Numbered from the stretch's first letter, positions 19,099-28,329 are shown. The stretch: DNA of 64,000 nt from Candidatus Latescibacterota bacterium (GCA_965215195.1 CBDCDC010000001.1:768001-832000); one strand, 5' to 3'. Made by a program: numbers and translations. Notes: a model not told the origin generated them from the letters alone.

Positions 19099-20607
19099 AT
19101 GATAAAAATCATCTGGAAAAAAGAGTTGCTAGAGCAGCTAACCAGTCGGCGCTTTATCTACTGTACCCTGATTGTAGTATCGCTTATCTGGGTCATCGGA
19201 CTGCTGCGAATAGCAAGTTACGAAAGAGCACAGGTAGAGAAGGATCGGATAGTCGCAGAAACTGCTGACGAACTCCGCAAGATAGATAGCTACCACAAAT
19301 TGCGGACTAGGGTCGTCCGCACACCGAGCCCACTCGAAGTCTTTGACCGGGGCGTCACCGAGCAAAAGAGCTCGGTAGTGCCCATTGAGATATACGAGAT
19401 ACCCTACCTTGCCGATAAGCATACCCTAGCGACCACTGGCAATCCTTTGCTCGCCATAATAGGTGCATTGGATGTCGTTCATGTCATCCAGCTCTTTTTA
19501 GCGTTGTTGGCCATTCTCTTTGCCTGCGAGTCTATTTCAGGCGAAAAAGAAGACGGCACCCTAGCACTGATGCTGACGACGAACGTTTCCCGAATGCAGA
19601 TCGTGACAGGCAAATTCTTGGGCGGTATTACGCTCCTCAATATACCTATCTTCTTAGGCTTTCTCGGTCTGGCAATTTTTCTCATTGCTTCTGAGCATGT
19701 CTGGCTTACAGGGGCCGACTGGATAGGTCTCATCGGGACTTGGATGGCTTCCCTGTTTTACATAGCCATCTTCTACCTGCTTGGCATGGCCGTTTCGTGC
19801 TACACACACACCACTTCGACGAGCCTGATATACAGTCTATTCATCTGGACCTTTTTGGTGATTGTCCTGCCGAGCAGTGTTACATTTTTAGTCAATCAGC
19901 AGTACCATCGGCAAGCGGATGCCCAGCAAGCCAAGGCAATGGAAGAGGAACTGTGGAGCAAGCACCAAAAACATGCTAACGACTTGGTGCGTACGGCGGG
20001 GATGGACCGTACCTACCCCCCGATATACTTGGTCTCTAGTGGGTCTGGGTATGGCGGCGGGAGCACACCGTCTTTCCAGATCGGAGGGATTCGGAAGGAT
20101 GCCCGTATAGCCGACTTCTTAAACATTCTGAAGGCTGGGGAGAATCTACGCCTCCAGTATGCCCAAAAAGTTTGGCATGCTTGCAGTCCTCTTTGGGAAG
20201 GTCGGCCTCGGTCACTCATCCGCCTAAACGATCAGTTACAGAGGATTACGCCGGCCGGGGCCTATCTAGAGGTTACCGGCAGCTTGGCCGGTACGGATGC
20301 AGGGGTTTTTTACGATTTTATCCATCAGGCTCGTCAGTACCGCGAGCAACTCTTGGGATATTTAAGGGCGCACGACGCGTTCGGGAGCATGGAATTTATA
20401 GGTCAACCCAGTATGAGCCGCGAGGAAAGATCGGCTAAGAGATCGGCACTCGATCTCAGCGGTCTTCCCGTCTTTGCCGAGCGCCGTGAGCCTCTTTCCC
20501 AACGGCTAAGTAGAATTGCGCCGGGGTTCCTGTCTCTGTTCATCTATGCGGGCTTAACTTGGCTGGCCGTAATAAGGCTTTTTTCTCGCTACGATATTAT
20601 GCGGTGA
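19099..20607 (+). CDS. ABC-2 type permease subunit B2
   Basis: Paralog of B1; ESISGEKEDGTL. Confidence 0.88.
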   Translation: MIKIIWKKELLEQLTSRRFIYCTLIVVSLIWVIGLLRIASYERAQVEKDRIVAETADELRKIDSYHKLRTRVVRTPSPLEVFDRGVTEQKSSVVPIEIYEIPYLADKHTLATTGNPLLAIIGALDVVHVIQLFLALLAILFACESISGEKEDGTLALMLTTNVSRMQIVTGKFLGGITLLNIPIFLGFLGLAIFLIASEHVWLTGADWIGLIGTWMASLFYIAIFYLLGMAVSCYTHTTSTSLIYSLFIWTFLVIVLPSSVTFLVNQQYHRQADAQQAKAMEEELWSKHQKHANDLVRTAGMDRTYPPIYLVSSGSGYGGGSTPSFQIGGIRKDARIADFLNILKAGENLRLQYAQKVWHACSPLWEGRPRSLIRLNDQLQRITPAGAYLEVTGSLAGTDAGVFYDFIHQARQYREQLLGYLRAHDAFGSMEFIGQPSMSREERSAKRSALDLSGLPVFAERREPLSQRLSRIAPGFLSLFIYAGLTWLAVIRLFSRYDIMR

Positions 20608-20614
20608 ACGGACT

Positions 20615-22084
20615 ATGCTAACGACTATTATCAAACGGGAATTCATCGCGCATATCCAAAGCCTGCGGTTTAGCCTTGGGCTGATGCTGTGCGTTGGCTT
20701 GATGGTACTCAATGCGCTCGTCCTCGTCCGTAGTGCCTATCAATTCGAGCAAGATGCCTATATAGAAAACATCTCGCAGCAACACCAAAGGCTGCGCGAT
20801 AATGGTGCCGCCGGCCTGCGACAGCTACTGCTCGAAGGTCCTGGGGTGCTTTATAAGCAACCGAGTGCATTGGCGTTTTGTGCCGGTTTCGCTGACAACA
20901 AATTACCAGACAAAGCGGATACTGGAACGGACGGGATCTATCTAATGGCATATAGTGGGGGTAAATCTATTGATAAAGGTTTTTATTGGCCTTGGATTCT
21001 ATCTTTTCCTACCGAATTAAAGGATGCTCCACTACTCTCCACCGTTATCACCCTTGACTGGGTATTTATCATCGGCGTCTTGCTGAGCTTGGCCGCCTTC
21101 TTGTTCACCCACGACGCCATTGTTGGCGAAAAGGAGAGCGGCGTCCTCAAGCTGGTCATGGCCAACAGCCTGCCACGCCATACGCTGCTGTGGGGCAAGT
21201 TTTGGGGTGCGATGCTGGTCTTGATCGGGGTGCTGCTGCTCTGTGTTACCCTCAATCTGTTGATCGTCTTGATACTCGCCGAGCTGTCGCTGGATTTCTC
21301 GCATGCGGTGCGCATCGGTGTCATGGTCTTGCTCTCTGTGGTCTATCTGGCGGGCTGTGCCGCGCTGGGATTGCTCATATCGGCGCATAGTTCCAGTCGG
21401 CGGGTCAGTCTGACGACCGTGCTCTTCGTCTGGGTGAGTATGGTTTTGCTGTGGCCGCAGATGGGCAAGACCCTAGCCGAGCTATTCCATGAGGAGGTAC
21501 ATGAGTTAGAACACACCAAGCATGTGTACGAGCACGGCGACGGTACTTTCACTTGGCATCCTATTCGGGGGTATGCTTACGGCTTGGCACGGGAGAACAA
21601 TAATCGGCTCGATCCCACGTTTATCAAAGAATTTTCGAGCGCATTGCGGTCAGAACGTACGCACCACCAAGAATTAGCAAATGTCCTGCTACGGCGACGG
21701 GTACAACAGGTCCATTTAGCCCAGAACATCGTCCGGGCCTCGCCCATGGGAGCCTATCAATACGCGATGGAGGCCATGGCGGGTACGGGCCTACCGCGGT
21801 ATCGTCATTTTATCGATCAAGCCCGACGTTATGCACAGTATTTTGAGGGAGTTCTCCTCGCCATAGATCGTGCCGACTCGCGCAGCCTGCATATTCCATT
21901 TGTAAAGAACGGGCTGTCCGCACAAAAGGTAGAGTTGGAGCAGATACCGGTGTTTGCCGAAGACCTCTCCGCGGCGTCGTTAGCCAGCTCGGCCGTTGTC
22001 GATTTGGTTTTGCTGGGCTTCTTTGCGGTGTTCACCTACTTGGCCGCGTACTTGGTCTGGTTGCGTTCGTCTATTGTCGGTTAG
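20615..22084 (+). CDS. ABC-2 type permease subunit C2
   Basis: Paralog of C1. Confidence 0.88.
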   Translation: MLTTIIKREFIAHIQSLRFSLGLMLCVGLMVLNALVLVRSAYQFEQDAYIENISQQHQRLRDNGAAGLRQLLLEGPGVLYKQPSALAFCAGFADNKLPDKADTGTDGIYLMAYSGGKSIDKGFYWPWILSFPTELKDAPLLSTVITLDWVFIIGVLLSLAAFLFTHDAIVGEKESGVLKLVMANSLPRHTLLWGKFWGAMLVLIGVLLLCVTLNLLIVLILAELSLDFSHAVRIGVMVLLSVVYLAGCAALGLLISAHSSSRRVSLTTVLFVWVSMVLLWPQMGKTLAELFHEEVHELEHTKHVYEHGDGTFTWHPIRGYAYGLARENNNRLDPTFIKEFSSALRSERTHHQELANVLLRRRVQQVHLAQNIVRASPMGAYQYAMEAMAGTGLPRYRHFIDQARRYAQYFEGVLLAIDRADSRSLHIPFVKNGLSAQKVELEQIPVFAEDLSAASLASSAVVDLVLLGFFAVFTYLAAYLVWLRSSIVG

Positions 22085-22130
22085 GGCTTGTCATGCGTCT
22101 TAAAGACGCTTTACCTGAAAGGTGTTGATT

Positions 22131-22256
22131 ATGTTCCTGCTCATGCTCCTGTTGATCGCCTACCCGATAGGAGCCCAGTTGCCCTCAGAAGTGGTACTAG
22201 ATCCGGTGTATAGCGGCCAAAATAGTACGCACTCGATTGCGTTCAAACCCACCACC
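22131..22256 (+). pseudogene. 5' stub of the DUF1573-like gene, second junction
   Basis: Same breakpoint (..AAACCCACCACC|TTCCC) as 17331-17456, 4800 bp downstream. Confidence 0.85.
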
Positions 22257-22311
22257 TTCCCTGCTTTCGTGCTCCGCAATCTGCCCTATTTTTAATTTTT
22301 TTGCTCTCCCT

Positions 22312-22346
22312 GTAAAACTTTTCTCCGCCAACATCCGTCGTATAAT
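22312..22346 (+). promoter_or_regulatory. Cassette 3 ECF-type promoter
   Basis: GTAAAAC-N17-CGTC-GTATAAT. Confidence 0.65.
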
Positions 22347-22387
22347 GTGAAGACTACAACAGCAACAGCACATGCAGGAGGTTTGCT

Positions 22388-23323
22388 ATGAAAACGCTAA
22401 TGCTATTGTGTAGTGCGCTTATTATCGGCCTAAGTTCGCTATCCTCGCCGAGCCAAGCGCGAGAAGGGGGATATGGCGGCTTTACTTACGAAAACATGCA
22501 GGAGTTTAACAACTACCTAAACGGCCTTGCGATGATTAAGGTTCAAGCAGGCGAAGAGTTGGACCAAGCGATTGACGCTATACCCATTAACTTGGAAACG
22601 GCCATAGACTTGGAGCAAGATCGCGGCTTGCGAGACTGGTTGCGTCAGTATCTGATTGCGTTTTCCGAGTCGGGCAATGATAGCTTGGCGGCGGCCTTTT
22701 ATCTAAGGGCAGGATTTAACAAGGAAAGATATATAGCTCAAAGTATGGGATGGGCTGATTTCGCCCGGGAAAATGCCCAAAATCCAAGCATTACCATCAA
22801 AGGGCCAGACGGTACTACATTAACCAGCGAAGAAGAGATAGAGAAGGTAATTAAAAAGTTCATTGATGGTGTCAGGGCGAGGGCTGAGATCGCTTTGAAG
22901 GAAGGGGCACTACCGCTGTTTCGCTCAATGTACAAAAATGCACTAAGCAACCATGAAGAATATCTTATAGAAAACGTCTCATTTCACGACAGTATCTTTA
23001 GGGTGTTTGAGCTAGAGAAAGGGGATCCGACGTTCTTGGGCTTGGCATCTGATCGAGGAATGGTACCTATGGGATATAGACATTATCCGACAGAGCTAAA
23101 TGGTAAACTCCCAGCACTTTTGGAAGCCGGGGAGAAGATCATTTGTGCGGATATATTATTCATTATAGAGGAGCCACTCGCGCTTACACCTGATCCAGTC
23201 CCAAAACGCACATCATCGTTTTTTCGTTTGATGTGGGATCAAGACAAGAAGCTGTGGCGTCATTTGGAGGCATTCTATAGCCCTGGAGAAGTAGGAAGGG
23301 CCTACTTCTTTAACTTACTGTAA
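22388..23323 (+). CDS. Secreted uncharacterised protein, paralog A3
   Basis: Paralog of A1/A2; very close to A4. Confidence 0.85.
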   Translation: MKTLMLLCSALIIGLSSLSSPSQAREGGYGGFTYENMQEFNNYLNGLAMIKVQAGEELDQAIDAIPINLETAIDLEQDRGLRDWLRQYLIAFSESGNDSLAAAFYLRAGFNKERYIAQSMGWADFARENAQNPSITIKGPDGTTLTSEEEIEKVIKKFIDGVRARAEIALKEGALPLFRSMYKNALSNHEEYLIENVSFHDSIFRVFELEKGDPTFLGLASDRGMVPMGYRHYPTELNGKLPALLEAGEKIICADILFIIEEPLALTPDPVPKRTSSFFRLMWDQDKKLWRHLEAFYSPGEVGRAYFFNLL

Positions 23324-23434
23324 AACAGGAGGAATTCGCTATAAAGTAAATTCGTGTAAGTAAGTATCACTCTCGTCGCCATCTTCTCTTTGTTGAAGAT
23401 GGATTCTCACTCACATTTACAGGAGGAATCCACA

Positions 23435-23638
23435 ATGAAGCAGACTTTCGTGCAAGCAGGCATCTCCCTCGTCGGCATGGCAGCTTGGCTCTTACCGAAC
23501 CAAGCAACGGCCGAGGAGAACTGCAGCGTAACGGCGGGTGGCCACACAGTAACTTGGTCATGCCCTTCTGATGATATGTGCGAATCGACAGTCACTTTCA
23601 GCAATGGTAATGTTTCCATTGAAACCGGCTGTGGATAG
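23435..23638 (+). CDS. Cys-rich secreted peptide P3 (67 aa, 4 Cys)
   Basis: AGGAGG RBS; signal ending LPNQATA; core EENCSVTAGGHTVTWSCPSDDMCESTVTFSNGNVSIETGCG. Confidence 0.88.
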   Translation: MKQTFVQAGISLVGMAAWLLPNQATAEENCSVTAGGHTVTWSCPSDDMCESTVTFSNGNVSIETGCG

Positions 23639-23660
23639 CACATAGCACATCCATCTAGCA

Positions 23661-23713
23661 AAGATAGAGAGCAGGCAGGTACGCTCAATATTTGCTTACC
23701 TGCTCTCTATCTT
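23661..23713 (+). terminator. Stem-loop after P3
   Basis: AAGATAGAGAGCAGG ... CCTGCTCTCTATCTT. Confidence 0.7.
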
Positions 23714-23732
23714 ATCAGAGGCGGTCAGTGTG

Positions 23733-25238
23733 ATGAAAACCATCTGGAAAAAAGAGTTACTAGAGCAGCTAACCAGTCGGCGCTTTATCTATTGTACCCT
23801 GATTACAGTATCGCTTATATGGGTCATTGGACTGCTGCGAATAGCAAGTTACGAAAGAGCACAGGCCGAGAAGGATCGAATCGTCGCAGAAACTGCTGAT
23901 GAACTCCGCAAGATAGATAGTTACCACAAATTGCGGACCAAGGTCGTCCGCACACCGAGCCCACTCGAAGTCTTTGACCGGGGCGTCACCGATCAAAAGA
24001 GTTCGGTAGTGCCCATTGAGATATACCAGATACCCTACCTTGCCGATAAGCACACCCTAGCGACCACTGGTAATCCTTTGCTCGCCATAATAGGTGCATT
24101 GGATGTCGTTCATGTCATCCAGCTCTTTTTAGCGTTGTTGGCCATTCTCTTTGCCTGCGAGTCTATTTCAGGCGAAAAAGAAGACGGCACCCTAGCACTG
24201 ATGCTGACGACGAACGTTTCCCGAATGCAGATCGTGACAGGCAAATTCTTGGGCGGTATTACGCTCCTCAATATACCTATCTTCTTAGGCTTTCTCGGTC
24301 TGGCAATTTTTCTCATTGCTTCTGAGCATGTCTGGCTTACAGGGGCCGACTGGATAGGTCTCATCGGGACTTGGATGGCTTCCCTGTTTTACATAGCCAT
24401 CTTCTACCTGCTTGGCATGGCCGTTTCGTGCTACACACACACCACTTCGACGAGCCTGATATACAGTCTATTCATCTGGACCTTTTTGGTGATTGTCCTG
24501 CCGAGCAGTGTTACATTTTTCGTCAATCAGCAGTACCATCGGCAAGCGGATGCCCAGCAAGCCAAGGCAATGGAAGAGGAACTGTGGAACGAGCATCAAA
24601 AACAGGCTAACGACTTGGTGCGTACCGCGGGGATGGACCGTACCTACCCCCCGATATACTTAGTCAGTAATGCGTCTGGGTCTGGCGGTGGGAGTACGCC
24701 GTCTTTCCAGATCGGAGGGATTCGGAAGGATGCCCGTATAGCCGACTTCTTAAACATTCTGAGGGCCGGGGAGAATCTACGCCTCCAGTATGCCCAAAAA
24801 GTTTGGCATGCTTGCAGTCCTCTTTGGGAAGGCCGGCCCCGGTCGCTCATCCGCCTAAACGATCAGTTACAGAGGATTACGCCGGCCGGGGCCTATCTAG
24901 AAGTTACCGGCGGCTTGGCCGGTACGGATGCGGGGGTTTTTTACGATTTTATCCATCAGGCTCGTCAGTACCGCGAGCAACTCTTGGGATATTTAAGGGC
25001 GCACGACGCGTTCGGGAGCATGGAATTTATAGGTCAACCCAGTATGAGCACCAAGGAAAGAGCGGCTAAGAGATCGGCACTCGACCTCAGCGATCTTCCC
25101 GTCTTTGCCGAGCGCCGTGAGCCCCTTTCTCAACGGCTAAGTAGAATTGCGCCGGGCCTCCTGTCTCTGTTCATCTATGCGGGCCTAACTTGGCTGGCCG
25201 TAATAAGGCTCTTTTCTCGCTACGATGTTGTGAGGTGA
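23733..25238 (+). CDS. ABC-2 type permease subunit B3
   Basis: Near-identical to B2. Confidence 0.88.
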   Translation: MKTIWKKELLEQLTSRRFIYCTLITVSLIWVIGLLRIASYERAQAEKDRIVAETADELRKIDSYHKLRTKVVRTPSPLEVFDRGVTDQKSSVVPIEIYQIPYLADKHTLATTGNPLLAIIGALDVVHVIQLFLALLAILFACESISGEKEDGTLALMLTTNVSRMQIVTGKFLGGITLLNIPIFLGFLGLAIFLIASEHVWLTGADWIGLIGTWMASLFYIAIFYLLGMAVSCYTHTTSTSLIYSLFIWTFLVIVLPSSVTFFVNQQYHRQADAQQAKAMEEELWNEHQKQANDLVRTAGMDRTYPPIYLVSNASGSGGGSTPSFQIGGIRKDARIADFLNILRAGENLRLQYAQKVWHACSPLWEGRPRSLIRLNDQLQRITPAGAYLEVTGGLAGTDAGVFYDFIHQARQYREQLLGYLRAHDAFGSMEFIGQPSMSTKERAAKRSALDLSDLPVFAERREPLSQRLSRIAPGLLSLFIYAGLTWLAVIRLFSRYDVVR

Positions 25239-25245
25239 ACGCACC

Positions 25246-26727
25246 ATGCTGACGACTATTATCAAACGGGAATTCATCGCGCACATCCAAAGCCTGCGAT
25301 TTGGCCTTGCGCTGATGCTATGCGTTGGCTTGATGGTGCTCAATGCGCTCGTCCTCGTCCATAGTACCTATCAATTCGAGCAAGATGTATATAGAGAAAA
25401 CATCTCGCAGCAACACCAAAGGCTGCGCGATAATGGGGCCGCCGGCCTGCGACAGCTACTGCTCGAAGGTCCTGGGGTGCTTTATAAGAAACCGAGTGAA
25501 TTGGCATTTTGTGCCGGTTTCGCTGACAACAAATTACCAGACAAAATAGATGCTAAAACGCACTCGATCTATATGATGGTACATAAATATATCGGGGGCA
25601 AGGTTAAGAGCATTGATAAGAGTTTTTATTGGCCTTGGATTCTATCTTTTCCTACCGAATTAAAGGATGCTCCACTCCTCTCCACCTTTATCACCATTGA
25701 CTGGGTATTCATCATTGGCGTCCTGCTGAGCTTGGCCGCCTTCCTGTTTACTCACGACGCCATTGTCGGCGAGAAGGAAAGCGGCACCCTCAAGCTGGTC
25801 ATGGCCAACAGCCTGCCGCGCCATACGCTGCTATCGGGCAAGTTCTGGGGTGCGATGCTGGTCTTGATCGGGGTACTGCTCCTCTGCGTCGTACTTAACC
25901 TGTTGATCGTCTTGACGCTCGCCGATTTGTCGCTGGATTTCTCGCACGCCGTGCACATCGGTGTCATGGTCTTGCTCTCTGTGGTCTATCTGGCGGGCTG
26001 TACCTCGCTAGGGCTACTCATATCGGCACATAGTTCCAGTCGGCGGGGCAGTCTGACGACCGTGCTCTTCGTCTGGGTGAGTATGGTCCTGCTGTGGCCG
26101 CAGATGGGGAAGACCATAGCCGAGCTATTCCATGAAGAGGTACATGAGTTAGAACACACCAAGCACGTGTACGAGCACGGCGACGGTACTTTCACTTGGC
26201 ATCCTATTCGGGGGTATGCCCACGGCTTGGCAGATGAGAACAATAATCCGCTCGATCCCACGTTTATCAAAGAACTTTCGAGCGCATTGCGGTCAGAACG
26301 TACTCACCACCAAGAATTAGCAAATGCCCTGCTGTGGCGTCGGGTACAACAGGTCAATTTAGCCCAGAACATCGTCCGGGTCTCTCCCATGGGAGCCTAT
26401 CAATACGCGATGGAGGCAATAGCAGGTACTGGCCTACCGCGGTATCGGCATTTCATCGATCAAGCGAGGAATTACGCCCAGCGTTTCGAGGAGAACCTTC
26501 TCGCCCTAGATCGGGCAGACTCGCGCAGTCTGCATATTCCGCTTGTAAAGAACGGACTGTCCACGCAAAAGGTAGAGCTGGAGCAGGTGCCGGTGTTTGC
26601 CGAAGACCTCTCCGCAGCGTCGTTAGCCAGCTCGGCCGCAGTCGATTTGGTTTTATTGGGCTTCTTTGCGGTGTTCACCTATCTGGTCGCGTACTTGGTC
26701 TGGTTGCGTTCGTCTATTGTCGGTTAG
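25246..26727 (+). CDS. ABC-2 type permease subunit C3
   Basis: Paralog of C1/C2. Confidence 0.88.
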   Translation: MLTTIIKREFIAHIQSLRFGLALMLCVGLMVLNALVLVHSTYQFEQDVYRENISQQHQRLRDNGAAGLRQLLLEGPGVLYKKPSELAFCAGFADNKLPDKIDAKTHSIYMMVHKYIGGKVKSIDKSFYWPWILSFPTELKDAPLLSTFITIDWVFIIGVLLSLAAFLFTHDAIVGEKESGTLKLVMANSLPRHTLLSGKFWGAMLVLIGVLLLCVVLNLLIVLTLADLSLDFSHAVHIGVMVLLSVVYLAGCTSLGLLISAHSSSRRGSLTTVLFVWVSMVLLWPQMGKTIAELFHEEVHELEHTKHVYEHGDGTFTWHPIRGYAHGLADENNNPLDPTFIKELSSALRSERTHHQELANALLWRRVQQVNLAQNIVRVSPMGAYQYAMEAIAGTGLPRYRHFIDQARNYAQRFEENLLALDRADSRSLHIPLVKNGLSTQKVELEQVPVFAEDLSAASLASSAAVDLVLLGFFAVFTYLVAYLVWLRSSIVG

Positions 26728-26773
26728 GGCTTGTCGTGCGTCTTAAAGACGCTTTACCCGAAAGGCGTTGGTT

Positions 26774-26927
26774 ATGTTCCTGCTCATGCTCCTATCGGTC
26801 GCCTATCCGGTAGGACTTCTTCGCCCGCTTGAGCGGCCAACCGCCCCAAGAGGCCGAACATTACGATGCAATCATGGCACACGTGGGTCTGCACCCGGAG
26901 GCGTTTGATCGGCGGGTCAAGGAGTTC
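26774..26927 (+). pseudogene. Chimeric relic: DUF1573-like start (26774-26815) joined to an internal ABC-ATPase fragment (26814-26927)
   Basis: 26814-26927 reads DFFARLSGQPPQEAEHYDAIMAHVGLHPEAFDRRVKEF; 30/38 identical to DFFTRLSGQPSQDAAHYDQIMARVGLQPEAFDRRVKTF of 37718-38440. Confidence 0.85.
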
Positions 26928-26974
26928 CTTTGTCCCTGCAATCTGCCCTACTTTTTTAATTTTTTTCTCTCCCT

Positions 26975-27009
26975 GTAAAACTTTTCTCTGCCGACATCCG
27001 TCGTATAGT
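26975..27009 (+). promoter_or_regulatory. Cassette 4 ECF-type promoter
   Basis: GTAAAAC-N17-CGTC-GTATAGT. Confidence 0.65.
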
Positions 27010-27045
27010 GTGAAGACCACAACAGCACATGCCGAGAGGTTTGCT

Positions 27046-27981
27046 ATGAAAACGCTAATGCTACTTTGTAGTGCGCTTGTTATCGGCCTAAGTTCGCTAT
27101 CCTCGCCGAGCCAAGCGCGAGAAGGGGGCTATGGCGGCTTTACTCAAGAAAACATGCAGGAGTTTAACGACTACATAAACGGCCTTGAGATGATTAAGGT
27201 GCAAGCGGGCGAGGAGTTGGACCAAGCGATTGACGCTATACCCATTAACTTGGAAACGGCCATAGACTTGGAGCAAGAGCGCGGCTTGAGAGACTGGTTG
27301 CGCCAGTATCTGATTGCGTTTTCCGAGTCGGGCAATGATAGCTTGGCCGCGGTCTTTTATCTGAGGGCAGGGTTTAACAAGGAAAGATATATAGCTCAAA
27401 GTATGGGATGGGCTGATTTCGCCCGGGAAAATGCTCAAAATCCAAGCATTACCATCAAAGGGCCAGACGGTACCACACTAACCAGCGAAGAAGAGATAGA
27501 GAAGGTAACTAAAAAGTTCATTGATGGTGTCAGAGCGAGGGCTGAGACCGCTTCGCAGAAAGGGGCACTACCGCTGTTTCGCTCAATGTACAAAAATGCA
27601 CTAAGCAACCACGAGGAATATCTTATAGAAAACGTATCGTTTCACGACAGTAGCTTTAGGGTGTTTAAGTTGGGGAAAGAAGATCCGACGTTCTTGGGCT
27701 TGGCATCTGATCGAGGAATGGTACCTATGGGATATAGACATTATCCGACAGAGCTAAATGGTAAACTCCCAGCACTTTTGGAGGTCGGAAAGAAGATCAT
27801 CTGTGCGGATGTATTATTCATTGTAGAGGAGCCATTCGCGTTTACACCTGATCCAGTCCCAAAACGCACATCTTCGTTTTTTCGTTTGATGTGGGATCAA
27901 GACAAGAAGCTGTGGCGTCATTTGGAAGCATTCTATAGCCCTAGAGAAGTAGGAAGGGCCTACTTCTTCAACTTACTGTAA
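27046..27981 (+). CDS. Secreted uncharacterised protein, paralog A4
   Basis: Start reassigned to MKTLMLL by paralogy. Confidence 0.85.
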   Translation: MKTLMLLCSALVIGLSSLSSPSQAREGGYGGFTQENMQEFNDYINGLEMIKVQAGEELDQAIDAIPINLETAIDLEQERGLRDWLRQYLIAFSESGNDSLAAVFYLRAGFNKERYIAQSMGWADFARENAQNPSITIKGPDGTTLTSEEEIEKVTKKFIDGVRARAETASQKGALPLFRSMYKNALSNHEEYLIENVSFHDSSFRVFKLGKEDPTFLGLASDRGMVPMGYRHYPTELNGKLPALLEVGKKIICADVLFIVEEPFAFTPDPVPKRTSSFFRLMWDQDKKLWRHLEAFYSPREVGRAYFFNLL

Positions 27982-28004
27982 ACCTTTTACAGGAGGAATT
28001 TACC

Positions 28005-28211
28005 ATGAAGCGGATATTCGTGCGAGCAGGGGTCTCCCTCGTCGGCCTAATGGCTTGGCTCTTACCGAACCAAGCAAAGGCCCATAGCAACTGCAGCATA
28101 GCGGTGGGGGGTGAAACAATAACGTGGTCATGCCCTTCTGCTGACCAGTGCATAGTGATATTCACTTTTTATAACGATGGTACTTTCTCCTTTATAACTG
28201 GCTGTGCATAG
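28005..28211 (+). CDS. Cys-rich secreted peptide P4 (68 aa, 4 Cys)
   Basis: AGGAGG RBS; signal ending LPNQAKA; core HSNCSIAVGGETITWSCPSADQCIVIFTFYNDGTFSFITGCA. Confidence 0.88.
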   Translation: MKRIFVRAGVSLVGLMAWLLPNQAKAHSNCSIAVGGETITWSCPSADQCIVIFTFYNDGTFSFITGCA

Positions 28212-28231
28212 CACATCCATCTGGCAAAGAT

Positions 28232-28274
28232 AGAGAGCAGGTAAGCTCACTCAATATTTGCTTACCTGCTCTCT
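28232..28274 (+). terminator. Stem-loop after P4
   Basis: AGAGAGCAGGTAAGC ... GCTTACCTGCTCTCT. Confidence 0.7.
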
Positions 28275-28329
28275 GTTTCTTAGGACTTGTCGTGCGTCTT
28301 AAAGGCACTTTACCCGAAAGGCGTTGGTT

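Noticed and set aside
26866-27045. 60-aa N-terminal extension of A4
   Set aside because: Spans the promoter; paralogs start at MKTLMLL
18595-28211. Assignment of peptides to lanthi-, sacti-, ranthi- or lasso-peptide classes
   Set aside because: No LanB/C/M, radical SAM, YcaO, DUF692 or lasso enzymes and no double-glycine leader in the window
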